From: a virus
Taxonomy: Duplodnaviria > Heunggongvirae > Uroviricota > Caudoviricetes
Virus record (IMG/VR): IMGVR_UViG_2548876960_000006
Direction: 5' to 3' (one strand)
DNA: 30,252 nt
Positions 7,941-17,026 of the stretch are shown in pieces; within the stretch, counting starts at the first letter, position 1; the number at the start of each line of letters is the position of its first letter. The position numbers and the translations under genes were made by a program. The notes under the pieces are model-generated. The model did no database searches, was not told the origin of the DNA, and saw only the letters and a program-made list of their open reading frames with translations.

Positions 7941-9002
7941 TCATGCCGCACCCTTATCCGTTGATTCTGTGTAACTTAAATCAAAGTTAAGGTGTAGCCT
8001 TTCCGGTATTTCGGGATCATTGTTAACGGCCAGCATAAAACGGCGCTGGATGGGGGCAATTTCGCTTTTCTTGTAAATGCGTTCAGCCTTTTCAACATCC
8101 CCCAGTCCGGCAGTGTTCTGCGGGACAATACCGGCGAGGCCAGCAGGGAAACGGTGAGCGTTCAGAATGTCCTGGGCGCTGATGTTCTTGATGTTGGCAA
8201 ATTCATCCTTTGCGGAAATATCCCCCATTTCAATGAATTTGATGGCGTCGCCGTCTCCACCGGGAATGTTTACAAGGATGGTGGAGAAGTTACCGATCCC
8301 TTTGCTGTCACGCAGCTGCTGTTCAATTTCTTCCTCCATTTCGTCCGTCATGCTGGGATCGCGGGTATAAAGAATACCGCCTGTGTGCGCACCATTGTGG
8401 TAATAGCGGCGTCGGAAAATGACCGCTTCACTGTTAAGTAACGCGGAATGCACACCGCCTATGTAGTCCGGCAGCCCGTAGATATGCTGTTGCGGGTCAT
8501 ACATTTTGATGAAGATAATATCTTCTTCTGGCCATACCTGCGGTTCCCCTTCCTGTAACACCACGTAGTCACCAGGCTTATCCAGGGCGTTATCTCTGAC
8601 TTTGCGGCGGCGAATATACAGACCGGGCAAGGGTTCAAGTGCGATCACGTCACCCCAGCCGTTACGAATTTTGGCAATCGCAATATCCCCAAAGGTTATA
8701 TAGTCAAACGCTGCCGCTTCCAGCTGGTCGTGAATAAGCCCGCCCCCCTGGTAGTCTGAAACAATCATGTTTTTACGGGCGTGAATGATGCCGCCGTGCT
8801 GACCGTTAAGATTAATCAGTTGCGCGAGTGCCAGCCGGTCAATCGGCTGGGTGAAGTGATCGGCGGCATTGTCGTACCAGATATCACGGTAATCTGTGCC
8901 GGTAGTCAGAACTGGTTCAGGTTTGCCGAATGTGATAATGCTCATCTTTTTTGATTTGTCGCCGCGCTGGTCGCGCTTAACAAAGCGTTTCTTTTTACTC
9001 AT
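7941..9002 (-). CDS. portal protein (P2 gpQ-like)
   Basis: 353 aa (P2 Q is 344 aa); ATGA overlap with the terminase large-subunit stop; divergent from the O-N-M-L operon as in P2. Confidence 0.85.
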   Translation of the reverse strand: MSKKKRFVKRDQRGDKSKKMSIITFGKPEPVLTTGTDYRDIWYDNAADHFTQPIDRLALAQLINLNGQHGGIIHARKNMIVSDYQGGGLIHDQLEAAAFDYITFGDIAIAKIRNGWGDVIALEPLPGLYIRRRKVRDNALDKPGDYVVLQEGEPQVWPEEDIIFIKMYDPQQHIYGLPDYIGGVHSALLNSEAVIFRRRYYHNGAHTGGILYTRDPSMTDEMEEEIEQQLRDSKGIGNFSTILVNIPGGDGDAIKFIEMGDISAKDEFANIKNISAQDILNAHRFPAGLAGIVPQNTAGLGDVEKAERIYKKSEIAPIQRRFMLAVNNDPEIPERLHLNFDLSYTESTDKGAA

Positions 9003-10774
9003 GCTGCCTCTTTCCTTACACCCCAGCGGGATTTAGGTTTGTTTTCATAATTAAGGGGTTCGTTATGCAGACCGTGGGTAATCGCCCAGAACGCCTCCGC
9101 GTGGCCGGTATCCTGGCTGCGGTCAGCGACAAACGTCATGGCGTTGCCGCTTTGTGTGGTGGTTCGGCGCACAGACATAAAGCTGGCGGCGATCTCTTTC
9201 AGGTTTTTATCCCACTCAATACGCTGGCTTTCCACCACGTCCACCGCTTTCAGTACCAGCTTATTTTTGGTGTTCAGGTCGTAACGAATAGGGACGGCCA
9301 CGCGCATGGCAAAATGCTGAATGTTGTCAAAAACACCCTGGCCAATGCCGGTAACGTCCACCCCCAGATATGTGAAGTTGTATTTTTTGAACAACTGCTC
9401 GATCTGTTTTGCCTGGTACCGGAAGTTCATGCCTTTCCAGTAAATCACCTTCAGAACGCGGAACTTCTCCACGGCGAGCATCGGTGGGGCGATGATGACA
9501 AAACAGGACAAATCCCCGCTGCGAGCCGGGTCAAAGCCGCCCCACACTGGCCTGTCACCGAATGGCCGCGCTGCATCTGGGTTGTGATCCTGCCAGGTGT
9601 CGATTTCAACGCCGCAGGCTTCCAGGTCGGAAAAGCTGAAAACGGAATCTTTGCTGTCAACGAACACGCACATATAGAGCATGTTAAAAGTGGCGTCGTT
9701 GTAGCGGTTGCGAAGTTTCTCGATGTTCGCCAGGTTGAAACCGCCCGCAATGGCATCTTCCATCGTAATGACGTAGCGCCATTGCCCATCCGGGCAGAGT
9801 CGCCCGCCGTCACGCATTTCGTTAAAGGAAGGAAACTTAATGGCCGCACGTTTTTTACTGCCCTGTTTCCACTCATCGCCCGTCCAGAACGGGTACGCCT
9901 GGTGCGTTTTTGCCGATGGCGTTGAAAAATAGGTGGTACGCCACTTGTCATGCGTGGCCATTGCGCTGGCCACTTCGTTAAGTTTTGCAAAGTTTGGTAC
10001 CCAGAAATATTCGTCACAGTACAGGTGGCCACTGTAGGACTGGGCGGTGTTTTTGTTGGTGGAGAGAAAACGCAGTTCTGCGCCGTTGCTTAAGCGGATC
10101 GGGTTACCGGTCAGCGTAATACCGAAATACTGCTCTGCAATATTCACGATGTAAGACCGGAACACTTCAGCCTGAGCCTTTGACGCTGACAGAAAGATTT
10201 GCGGATCGCCGGTCATCACCGCGTTTTCAAACGCTTCAAACGCAAAATACCAGGTCGCACCGATCTGGCGGCTTTTCAGGATATTCCTGACAAGCTGGCC
10301 AATGTTATTGCGCAGGTGTTTCTGATATTCAAAAAGATGTTCCTCAGCCCATGCGTCAAAGTCCTCCTGCGTCAGCGAGGTAATATCGTTTTTCTTGTAC
10401 TTCCGTTTGCTGCGCGGTTCGTCGTCATTGTTGTCCCGCGCAGCTGCTTGCCCGGAACTCTGACCGCTGGCCATTTTCTCTTTGTGTTTATTACTCTGCG
10501 CACGCAGTTTCGTGGCATGAGCAATGAGCATGTCCATTTCTTTCAGGTCGAGATCGGTTTTGTTATCGCGGCTGGCCAGCAGTTGGTAACGGCGTTCAAT
10601 CGCTTCCTCTGTGCTTTCAAAACTGAGCAAATCCGCCCAGCTGTATTTCTCCGCCCAGTAGTAAACGATCCGCGCATTCGGCAGATTTAATTCAGATGCG
10701 ATTTCCTTTGGCGTATAGCGGCGCAGATAAAGTGCGCGAACAACGCCTTTTAATTCTTCAGAGTATTTAGCCAT
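8999..10774 (-). CDS. terminase large (ATPase) subunit (P2 gpP-like)
   Basis: 591 aa (P2 P is 590 aa); first gene of the leftward P-Q operon, divergent from the scaffold gene. Confidence 0.9.
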   Translation of the reverse strand: MAKYSEELKGVVRALYLRRYTPKEIASELNLPNARIVYYWAEKYSWADLLSFESTEEAIERRYQLLASRDNKTDLDLKEMDMLIAHATKLRAQSNKHKEKMASGQSSGQAAARDNNDDEPRSKRKYKKNDITSLTQEDFDAWAEEHLFEYQKHLRNNIGQLVRNILKSRQIGATWYFAFEAFENAVMTGDPQIFLSASKAQAEVFRSYIVNIAEQYFGITLTGNPIRLSNGAELRFLSTNKNTAQSYSGHLYCDEYFWVPNFAKLNEVASAMATHDKWRTTYFSTPSAKTHQAYPFWTGDEWKQGSKKRAAIKFPSFNEMRDGGRLCPDGQWRYVITMEDAIAGGFNLANIEKLRNRYNDATFNMLYMCVFVDSKDSVFSFSDLEACGVEIDTWQDHNPDAARPFGDRPVWGGFDPARSGDLSCFVIIAPPMLAVEKFRVLKVIYWKGMNFRYQAKQIEQLFKKYNFTYLGVDVTGIGQGVFDNIQHFAMRVAVPIRYDLNTKNKLVLKAVDVVESQRIEWDKNLKEIAASFMSVRRTTTQSGNAMTFVADRSQDTGHAEAFWAITHGLHNEPLNYENKPKSRWGVRKEAA

Positions 10775-10828
10775 GCGGATAATTATGCCGTGGCTGTGAT
10801 GAAAAAACGGTGGTGTTAATTCGTGTCT

Positions 10829-10853
10829 GTTCGGTAAAGCGTTATAACCGAAC
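10829..10853. promoter_or_regulatory. dyad GTTCGG-N13-CCGAAC in the divergent P/O late-promoter region (candidate activator site)
   Basis: Perfect 6-bp inverted repeat read directly between the P start (10774) and O start (10936). The P2-type TGT-N12-ACA spacing was looked for and not found. Confidence 0.3.
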
Positions 10854-10935
10854 TGTTCAGAATAAAGCGTAATGCGGTGGCGGTTTTATTTGGCAATAAT
10901 TGATTTGCAGCGTCAGGGAGTGGAACAGGGGGGAT

Positions 10936-11739
10936 ATGTCACATTTAAAAACTGACTGGCTGTGTGTTGCTACTGAAGGGGATACCGTTGACGGCAGGGT
11001 AATTAAACGGCAGTGGATCATTGATATGGGGGAAACCTATGACTATAGCCACTATGTCGCTTTAATCTGGCCAGAACATGAGGATGATTGCGGGAATTTT
11101 GGTGAAGTGCTGGAAGCCACCTGGAATGATGGTGAAGATGGACTGGCACGGTTATATGTCAGCCTTTGCCCGAATATGCGTCTGATTTTCGCAAATCATG
11201 AAGATCAGCTTTTGTTCTTCTCCATTGAGCCGGAAGAAAACTGGCGCGGTAGCGGGCGTACTTACCTGAAAGGGCTGGCGGTAACAGATACACCTGCCAG
11301 CGTTGGCACCACACGGCTGCGTTTTAGTAGTCGGCGCAATAAATTAACAAAGCAGGGATATTACAGTTGTGTAATTTCCCGTGACGGAAAAATTAAACAG
11401 GAAGCAAGAATGAAGAACTGGCAGAAACGGTTTGGTATTAAGCCAAAGTTTGAAGATGAAACGCCACAGGATAATCCTGCCCCGGATGAAGATAAATTAC
11501 AGGCGCTTGCCAATGTAGTGAACGATCTGGAAGCGCGAGTGGCGAAAATTGAAAATCAACTGAATGACGTTCAGGGTGATGTTGACACAATCGCTGAAGT
11601 GGTGGATACGCAGGAATTTGCGGCAATCCGCGATAATGCAAAAGAAATCGTAACCCGCTTTAACGATCTGGGTAATAAAAACACCCGTACACCGGGGCGT
11701 ACTATTAAAGATAAAGCCGGGAAATTTAATTTCCTGTAA
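10936..11739 (+). CDS. capsid scaffolding protein (P2 gpO-like)
   Basis: N-terminal VATEGDTVDGRVI motif characteristic of gpO-family scaffold proteins; ATG 10936 after a G-rich RBS. Track start at 10900 is TTG. Confidence 0.8.
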   Translation: MSHLKTDWLCVATEGDTVDGRVIKRQWIIDMGETYDYSHYVALIWPEHEDDCGNFGEVLEATWNDGEDGLARLYVSLCPNMRLIFANHEDQLLFFSIEPEENWRGSGRTYLKGLAVTDTPASVGTTRLRFSSRRNKLTKQGYYSCVISRDGKIKQEARMKNWQKRFGIKPKFEDETPQDNPAPDEDKLQALANVVNDLEARVAKIENQLNDVQGDVDTIAEVVDTQEFAAIRDNAKEIVTRFNDLGNKNTRTPGRTIKDKAGKFNFL

Positions 11740-11801
11740 TTCGCTTTATTGCTGATTAGTCCAGAACATATTTTTAAATCGCTTAATTGCGAGGGAGTTT
11801 T

Positions 11802-12824
11802 ATGCACCTTAATAATCGTGCGCGGGATTTACTGGATAAATACTCGGCGGGGATGGCGCAGCAGTTTGGTGCGCGTGATACCAGTCGATATTTTTCCCTG
11901 AATGACCCGCAGGAAAATGCGCTGCGTCTTGCGCTGCTGGAGTCCGTCGAGTTCCTGAACATGATCACCTGTCTGGATGTTGACCAGCTGAGTGGCCAGG
12001 TGATCTCTGTCGGTTCCTCTGTGCTGCATACCGGCCGCAGCGAAAATGGCCGTTTCATTCGTCAGGTAGGCGTTGACGGTAATGACTATTCCCTGGTTGA
12101 AACAGACAGCTGCGCCGCACTGCGCTGGGATCTGCTTTCTGTCTGGGCAAACGCCGGTAAGGACGAAAACGAGTTTTACAACCTGGTACAGGCATTCACC
12201 ACGCAGGCTTTTGCGCTGGACATGTTGCGCATTGGTTTTAATGGTAAGAGCCGGGCGAAAACCACTGATCCGGTAGCAAACCCGAACGGTGAAGATGTGA
12301 ACATCGGCTGGCATGAGCGTATGAAAACGCTGCTGGGTGGCAATCAGATTATGACCGATCCCGTGGTGCTCGATGAGGCAGGGGATTACAAGTCACTGGA
12401 TGCAATGGCGTCTGATCTGATTAACGCCAAAATCCCGGCACAGTTCCGCAATGACCCGCGTCTGGTTGTCCTGGTCGGTGCCGATCTGGTCGCTGCTGAA
12501 CAGTACCGACTGTATCAGGCAGCAGACCGTCCGACTGAAAAAATTGCTGCGCAGATGCTGGGAAGCACCATTGCTGGCCGTCAGGCCATTATTCCGCCGT
12601 TTATGCCGGGTAAACGCATGGTGGTTACGCCGCTGTCTAACCTGCACATCTACACCCAGCGCAATACCCGTATGCGTAAGGCGGAGTTTGTTGAAGATCG
12701 TAAGCAGTTCGAAAACAAATACCTGCGCAATGAAGGTTACGCGGTGGAAGTACCGGAGCTGTATGCGGCCATTGATGAATCCGCTGTGACAATCGGCAAA
12801 GTCTCCGAACCGGTGGAGGGCTGA
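11802..12824 (+). CDS. major capsid protein (P2 gpN-like)
   Basis: 340 aa with gpN-like landmarks (GFNGKSRAKTTD, GDYKSLDAMASDL); ATG 11802 with GAGGGAG upstream; position O-N-M. Confidence 0.85.
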   Translation: MHLNNRARDLLDKYSAGMAQQFGARDTSRYFSLNDPQENALRLALLESVEFLNMITCLDVDQLSGQVISVGSSVLHTGRSENGRFIRQVGVDGNDYSLVETDSCAALRWDLLSVWANAGKDENEFYNLVQAFTTQAFALDMLRIGFNGKSRAKTTDPVANPNGEDVNIGWHERMKTLLGGNQIMTDPVVLDEAGDYKSLDAMASDLINAKIPAQFRNDPRLVVLVGADLVAAEQYRLYQAADRPTEKIAAQMLGSTIAGRQAIIPPFMPGKRMVVTPLSNLHIYTQRNTRMRKAEFVEDRKQFENKYLRNEGYAVEVPELYAAIDESAVTIGKVSEPVEG

Positions 12825-12827
12825 TAA

Positions 12828-13532
12828 ATGGCACTTTCCCCCGCGCAGCGTCACAGCCAGCGTATTGCAATGGAACAAAAGCTGAAGCGCAGCCAGGCAC
12901 TGGAAACCGCGGAAAGTATGCACCTGCTGATCAGGGCGCTGGAAACGGATGTGGAACACGTTCGAAGTCTGCCTACCATCGCCGATCGCGTCGAGTATAA
13001 ACGCGATGTGCTGTTGCCGCGCTGGGTTCCCACTGTGGAAGCCTATCTGGAGAGTGGCCAGGTGTATGCAAATCCGGTTTTCGCCTGGTGTGTTATCTGG
13101 CTGTTTGACGTGGGCGATCTGGATAAGGCGCTGGACTGGGCTGACATTGCTATCAGCCAGCAGCAGGCAACCCCGGATCGGTTACGCAGCAATTTTCCCA
13201 CTTTCGTGGCGGATACGATGCTGGCATGGGCGCAGGAAACCGCAGGGCGTGGGGAAAGTGTGGAGCCTTATTTCACCCGCACGTTTGAGCGGGTGGCAAA
13301 CACCTGGCGACTGCATGAGCAAGTGACGGCCAAATGGTTCAAGTTTGCTGGTCAGGAGTTGCTACGCAATGACGATGGCCAGAAAACGGCGGCGGGCGTG
13401 GATGATATTGAAACGCTGGAAAAGGCCGATCAGCTGCTGGCTATTGCAGAAAAACACTACTCAAAAATTGGCGTCAGAACGGCACGGCAGACGATTGCCG
13501 CTCGCATCCGAAAATTGACAACACAAGGATAA
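12828..13532 (+). CDS. terminase small (endonuclease) subunit (P2 gpM-like)
   Basis: 234 aa (P2 M is 247 aa) directly after the capsid gene. Confidence 0.7.
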   Translation: MALSPAQRHSQRIAMEQKLKRSQALETAESMHLLIRALETDVEHVRSLPTIADRVEYKRDVLLPRWVPTVEAYLESGQVYANPVFAWCVIWLFDVGDLDKALDWADIAISQQQATPDRLRSNFPTFVADTMLAWAQETAGRGESVEPYFTRTFERVANTWRLHEQVTAKWFKFAGQELLRNDDGQKTAAGVDDIETLEKADQLLAIAEKHYSKIGVRTARQTIAARIRKLTTQG

Positions 13533-13538
13533 CAACAA

Positions 13539-13685
13539 ATGAAAGAAAGCCATTTACAAGGTGCACATACCCATACCGTGGGGGCACATAGCCATTCTCT
13601 GGGTGGTGCACATACCCATACCGTGGGTGCACATAGCCATTCTCTGAGTGGTGCACATACGCACACTTTTAATACTGAGCAGTAA
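13539..13685 (+). CDS. unannotated 48-aa His-x-His repeat peptide
   Basis: ATG 13539, AAGGA 9 nt upstream, 6 nt after the gpM stop. MKESHLQGAHTHTVGAHSHSLGGAHTHTVGAHSHSLSGAHTHTFNTEQ. Encoded by an in-frame 45-bp tandem repeat. Missing from the ORF track because it is under 60 aa. Confidence 0.4.
   Translation: MKESHLQGAHTHTVGAHSHSLGGAHTHTVGAHSHSLSGAHTHTFNTEQ
13560..13666 (+). repeat. 45-bp tandem direct repeat, about 2.4 copies
   Basis: Units 13560..13604 and 13605..13649 differ at 2 of 45 positions, followed by a 17-nt partial third unit; each unit encodes GAHTHTVGAHSHSLG. Confidence 0.9.
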
Positions 13686-13781
13686 ACGACTACCGCAAGC
13701 CAGGCGGACGCGGTGGAGGGCAGAACACCTTGTGTGTAACTGCGCCGTGGAAACCGGCCAGTCCGCCTTTTCGGGGGATTT

Positions 13782-14234
13782 ATGTTTAGCGGAAAGCCGC
13801 TGGATTATCAGGATGAACCGCTGACCAATAACGGATTCTGGCCAGACCTGAATCTGAAGGATTTTCAGGCGCAGCGGTCACTACCGCCAGATATTGACGC
13901 TGACACCATCAGCCAGGCGCTACTTGCGGCGGTGGCGGAGGTGAATGCGGAGCTGGAAAACGTGGAAGCCAGCTGGAAAGCGAAAGGCAACACGCTGGCG
14001 GCAGAGGTACCAGGCGTAAAAATGGGCGGACTGAACAGCCTGTGCGCCCAGTATATGAAGGCCGTTTTTGCCAGGGCAAAAGCGGATCTGCTGGGGGAGT
14101 TTGCCACCATCGGGCGGCGTGATACCCATCCGGGACAGGAAAGCATGGAAACCCGTGCGGGGTTACTGGCTGAAGCATCGGTGGTGATCCGCCGTATGAA
14201 AGGGCTGAAACGGGCAACGGTGAAAAAAGTATGA
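13782..14234 (+). CDS. head completion/stabilisation protein (P2 gpL-like)
   Basis: 150-aa ORF in the position of P2 L after the terminase small subunit; G-rich RBS. Confidence 0.55.
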   Translation: MFSGKPLDYQDEPLTNNGFWPDLNLKDFQAQRSLPPDIDADTISQALLAAVAEVNAELENVEASWKAKGNTLAAEVPGVKMGGLNSLCAQYMKAVFARAKADLLGEFATIGRRDTHPGQESMETRAGLLAEASVVIRRMKGLKRATVKKV

Positions 14235-14737
14235 GCCAGACGCAGATCCAGAGCCTGACCGCATTTTTTAAAGAGAATGTCCCGCCCCGTGCGATGCGGT
14301 CATTTGACAGTGTGCTGGATGAGATGAAGTTCATTCCTGCGGCGAAGGATTACGGACTGGGACAATATCGCCAGGCGGTGATCCGATATGACGCGGTTCT
14401 GAGCTGGGAGCGTTTCCCGTATCGCCTGTGCCCGCCGCAGCTGCTTATGTCCTTACTGGCGGCGTGGCTGGATGATGCTGACAGGGAACTACTGGATGAA
14501 GTGGGACTGAGTGAAGCCGAACCGGACTGGGATGTGTCGGTGGAGGATGAGGAAGTGGCCACTGTGGTGCTGACTGTTCCGATGGTGGAAGAACTGGTGA
14601 TCAGGCAGGACGAAAACGGGGCTATTCCGTGGCGGGGTGAGCGATGGTCACTGGTTGAGCCTGAAATCTGGACGGCACTGACCGCCAGTATTTACAGCGT
14701 GGATGAGCCCGGTGCGCCGGTGGGGGATAACGAATGA
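14231..14737 (+). CDS. putative tail-completion / head-tail joining protein (gpR-like, tentative)
   Basis: 168 aa; ATGA overlap with L; assignment by position and size only. Confidence 0.35.
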   Translation: MSQTQIQSLTAFFKENVPPRAMRSFDSVLDEMKFIPAAKDYGLGQYRQAVIRYDAVLSWERFPYRLCPPQLLMSLLAAWLDDADRELLDEVGLSEAEPDWDVSVEDEEVATVVLTVPMVEELVIRQDENGAIPWRGERWSLVEPEIWTALTASIYSVDEPGAPVGDNE

Positions 14738-15441
14738 TTGCCGGTGGCGAGCTGAATAAAAAACAGCTGGCCGAATTGCGCAAAGCACTGGCCAGCATGG
14801 AGCTGCCGCCGAGAAAACGGCAGCGTCTGATCTGGCGTCTGGCCAAATATGGCGTGATTGCTGCGGCAAAACGGCATGTGCGCAATCAGGAATCCCCGGA
14901 TGGCCAGAAGTGGCCGGGACGTAAGACAAAACGCAAAGGGAAGATGCTGCGCAACCTGCCAAAGCTGCTGCATATCCGTGAAATGCCAGAAATTCAGGCT
15001 GTGCGGATCTATTTACAGGGCGGCGGATACCGGAACGGGGAAACGCCGGTACCAGCCGGAACGGTGGGTTACGCGCAACAAAACGGAATGCGCGTAAAGG
15101 TCAGCCGCAGTAATCAGCCACGGAAGGCAGAGGCCGGGAAAATGGCGACGCCTGCCCAGGCCAAAAAATTACGGGCGCTGGGGTACCGGGTGAAAACCGG
15201 TAAGCGATGGAAAAAGCCCACACTGGGCGAAATCACCAAAACGATGCCATACAGCCAGGCGGGGCTGCTGATTCGAAAACTCAGCGGTAAAGCCGTGAAA
15301 ACCAGCTGGACAGTGGATCTTCCTGCCCGTGTGTTTCTGGGCATGAATGATGATGAATTTGACAAGGCGCTGGCGCGTCAGCTTCAGGCCATCGGCTTTG
15401 GCTGGGACGTTAAAGCGCAGGATATTAAGGGGAAAGCATGA
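14734..15441 (+). CDS. phage virion morphogenesis protein (P2 gpS / Mu G family-like)
   Basis: 235 aa; basic N-terminal region and ESPDGQKWPGRK segment typical of this family; ATGA overlap with the upstream gene. Confidence 0.5.
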   Translation: MIAGGELNKKQLAELRKALASMELPPRKRQRLIWRLAKYGVIAAAKRHVRNQESPDGQKWPGRKTKRKGKMLRNLPKLLHIREMPEIQAVRIYLQGGGYRNGETPVPAGTVGYAQQNGMRVKVSRSNQPRKAEAGKMATPAQAKKLRALGYRVKTGKRWKKPTLGEITKTMPYSQAGLLIRKLSGKAVKTSWTVDLPARVFLGMNDDEFDKALARQLQAIGFGWDVKAQDIKGKA

Positions 15442-16565
15442 CCTGGCCAATTGTGACCGTAAACCAGGTAAATCAGCTGTTGGGTGAAACCAATGAAGTG
15501 GAACGCACACTGCTGTTTATCGGTTCGGGTACCAAAAATGTGGGGAAAACGCTGGCGGTGAATGCCCAGAGTGATTTTGATTCGCTGCTGGGCGAGGAAG
15601 CCAGTCCGCTGAAAAATGATGTTCTGGCTGCTCTGGCGAACGCTGGCCAGAACTGGTGGGGATTCATTCACGTCCTGCCAGCTGACGCGGAGGCAGATGC
15701 CTGGGTGAAAGCGGTTCTGGCCGCGCAGGTGGTGTGCTCTGTGGAAGGCGTGGTGCTGTCTGACGATGTGACCGCTAAAGCGCAGGTAAATCAGGCCGTG
15801 ACGTTACGATCCACCCTGATTTCAAAGTATGGCCGCTGGGTGTGGTTCATTCTGGCCGCACAGGGAATGCAGGACGAAGAAGCCCAGGCGGATTATCAGG
15901 TACGCATGGCCACCCTTCAGGATGGCATTGCAGAAAAGGCGGTGCAGCTGGTTCCCCGCCTGTGGGGAAATGAACCGGGTGTGCTGGCTGGTCGCCTGTG
16001 TAGCCGAGCGGTAACCATTGCTGACAGTCCGGCGCGGGTTAAAACCGGTGCTCTGATGAATCTTGGCAGTGATGAAATGCCGGTTGATGGTACCGGGGAA
16101 GTGCTGGAACTGGCCACACTTCAGGCGCTTGAAGCACAGCGTTTCAGTGTGCCGATGTGGTACCCGGATTATGACGGTTTTTACTGGGCTGATGGCCGCA
16201 CGCTGGATGTTGAGGGCGGCGATTATCAGTCGATTGAAACCCTGCGCGTTGCGGATAAAGCTGCCCGCCGTGTTCGTCTGCTGGCTATCAGCAAAATCGC
16301 GGATCGCTCGCTGAACAGTACGCCGGGAAGTATCGCCGCACATCAGACACTGTTTGCCCGTCCACTGCGTGAAATGTCCACTGCAGCCAGCATTAACGGT
16401 GTGTCATTTCCGGGTGAAGTGAAGCCGCCGCAGGATGGTGATGTGACCATTGTCTGGAAAAACAAAAAGGCGGTGGATATTTACATTGTGGTGCGCACCT
16501 GGGAAGTGCCGCTGCAAATCACCATCAGTCTGTTACTGGATGCGAGTCTGGAGGCTACAGCATGA
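15438..16565 (+). CDS. putative tail sheath protein
   Basis: 375 aa, immediately followed by a 151-aa tube-like ORF; ATGA-coupled. Assigned by size and synteny, no motif verified. Confidence 0.45.
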   Translation: MTWPIVTVNQVNQLLGETNEVERTLLFIGSGTKNVGKTLAVNAQSDFDSLLGEEASPLKNDVLAALANAGQNWWGFIHVLPADAEADAWVKAVLAAQVVCSVEGVVLSDDVTAKAQVNQAVTLRSTLISKYGRWVWFILAAQGMQDEEAQADYQVRMATLQDGIAEKAVQLVPRLWGNEPGVLAGRLCSRAVTIADSPARVKTGALMNLGSDEMPVDGTGEVLELATLQALEAQRFSVPMWYPDYDGFYWADGRTLDVEGGDYQSIETLRVADKAARRVRLLAISKIADRSLNSTPGSIAAHQTLFARPLREMSTAASINGVSFPGEVKPPQDGDVTIVWKNKKAVDIYIVVRTWEVPLQITISLLLDASLEATA

Positions 16566-17017
16566 CTAAACGTATTTCGGGTATGTCGTTTGACACCTAT
16601 ATGGACGGCGATCTGATCCATATCGAGAAAATCACGCTCGATATTACGGATAACAGCGCTGCCGCCCAGACGCGTGGCGTCCCTGACGGGTATGTGGATG
16701 GCGATGTTGCTGCTGAGGGGGAAATTGAAGTCAGTTCAAAAACACTTCAGGTGCTGACAGCCAAAGCCCGTGCAGCGGGTTCATGGCGTGGGCTTCCCCC
16801 ACTTGATTTTCTTTTCTATGCCAAAGCCAGTAGCGAAGAAATGAAGGTGGAGACGTTCGGCAATAAATTGCAGGTCAGCAACCTGCTGGATATTGATCCG
16901 AAAGGGGGCGGCGTGACCACGCACAAAATCAAATATTTCGTGACCAGTCCGAAATTCGTCAACATCAACGGTGTGCCGTATCTGGAAGCGGAAGCCACAG
17001 AAAACCTGATCGGATAA
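16562..17017 (+). CDS. putative tail tube protein
   Basis: 151 aa, ATGA-coupled to the sheath-like gene. Confidence 0.45.
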   Translation: MTKRISGMSFDTYMDGDLIHIEKITLDITDNSAAAQTRGVPDGYVDGDVAAEGEIEVSSKTLQVLTAKARAAGSWRGLPPLDFLFYAKASSEEMKVETFGNKLQVSNLLDIDPKGGGVTTHKIKYFVTSPKFVNINGVPYLEAEATENLIG

Positions 17018-17026
17018 GGGGCAGGG

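Noticed and set aside
7322-7990. cos site near the portal gene 3' end
   Set aside because: No sequence resembling the P2/186 cohesive-end motif was found by eye between A, ogr and the portal gene; a GC-rich stretch at 7624..7638 lies inside the ogr coding region and does not match.
9065-9925. 286-aa plus-strand ORF, and similar long ORFs at 9451..10032, 10199..10690, 5720..6142, 11829..12314, 12393..12959, 18759..19226, 20799..21359, 24974..25453, 25654..26109
   Set aside because: All lie antisense to or out of frame within strongly supported phage genes (terminase, A, capsid, tape measure, baseplate) in GC-rich DNA where long spurious frames are expected; none has a convincing start context.
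13457-13666. Minus-strand ORFs of 69 and 60 aa across the repeat region
   Set aside because: They are generated by the 45-bp tandem repeat read on the opposite strand and have no RBS; the plus-strand frame has an RBS and matches the tail-fibre HxH motif.
13560-13666. Possible CRISPR-like array
   Set aside because: Units are directly tandem with no spacers, only about 2.4 copies, and in frame within an ORF; no cas genes in the window.
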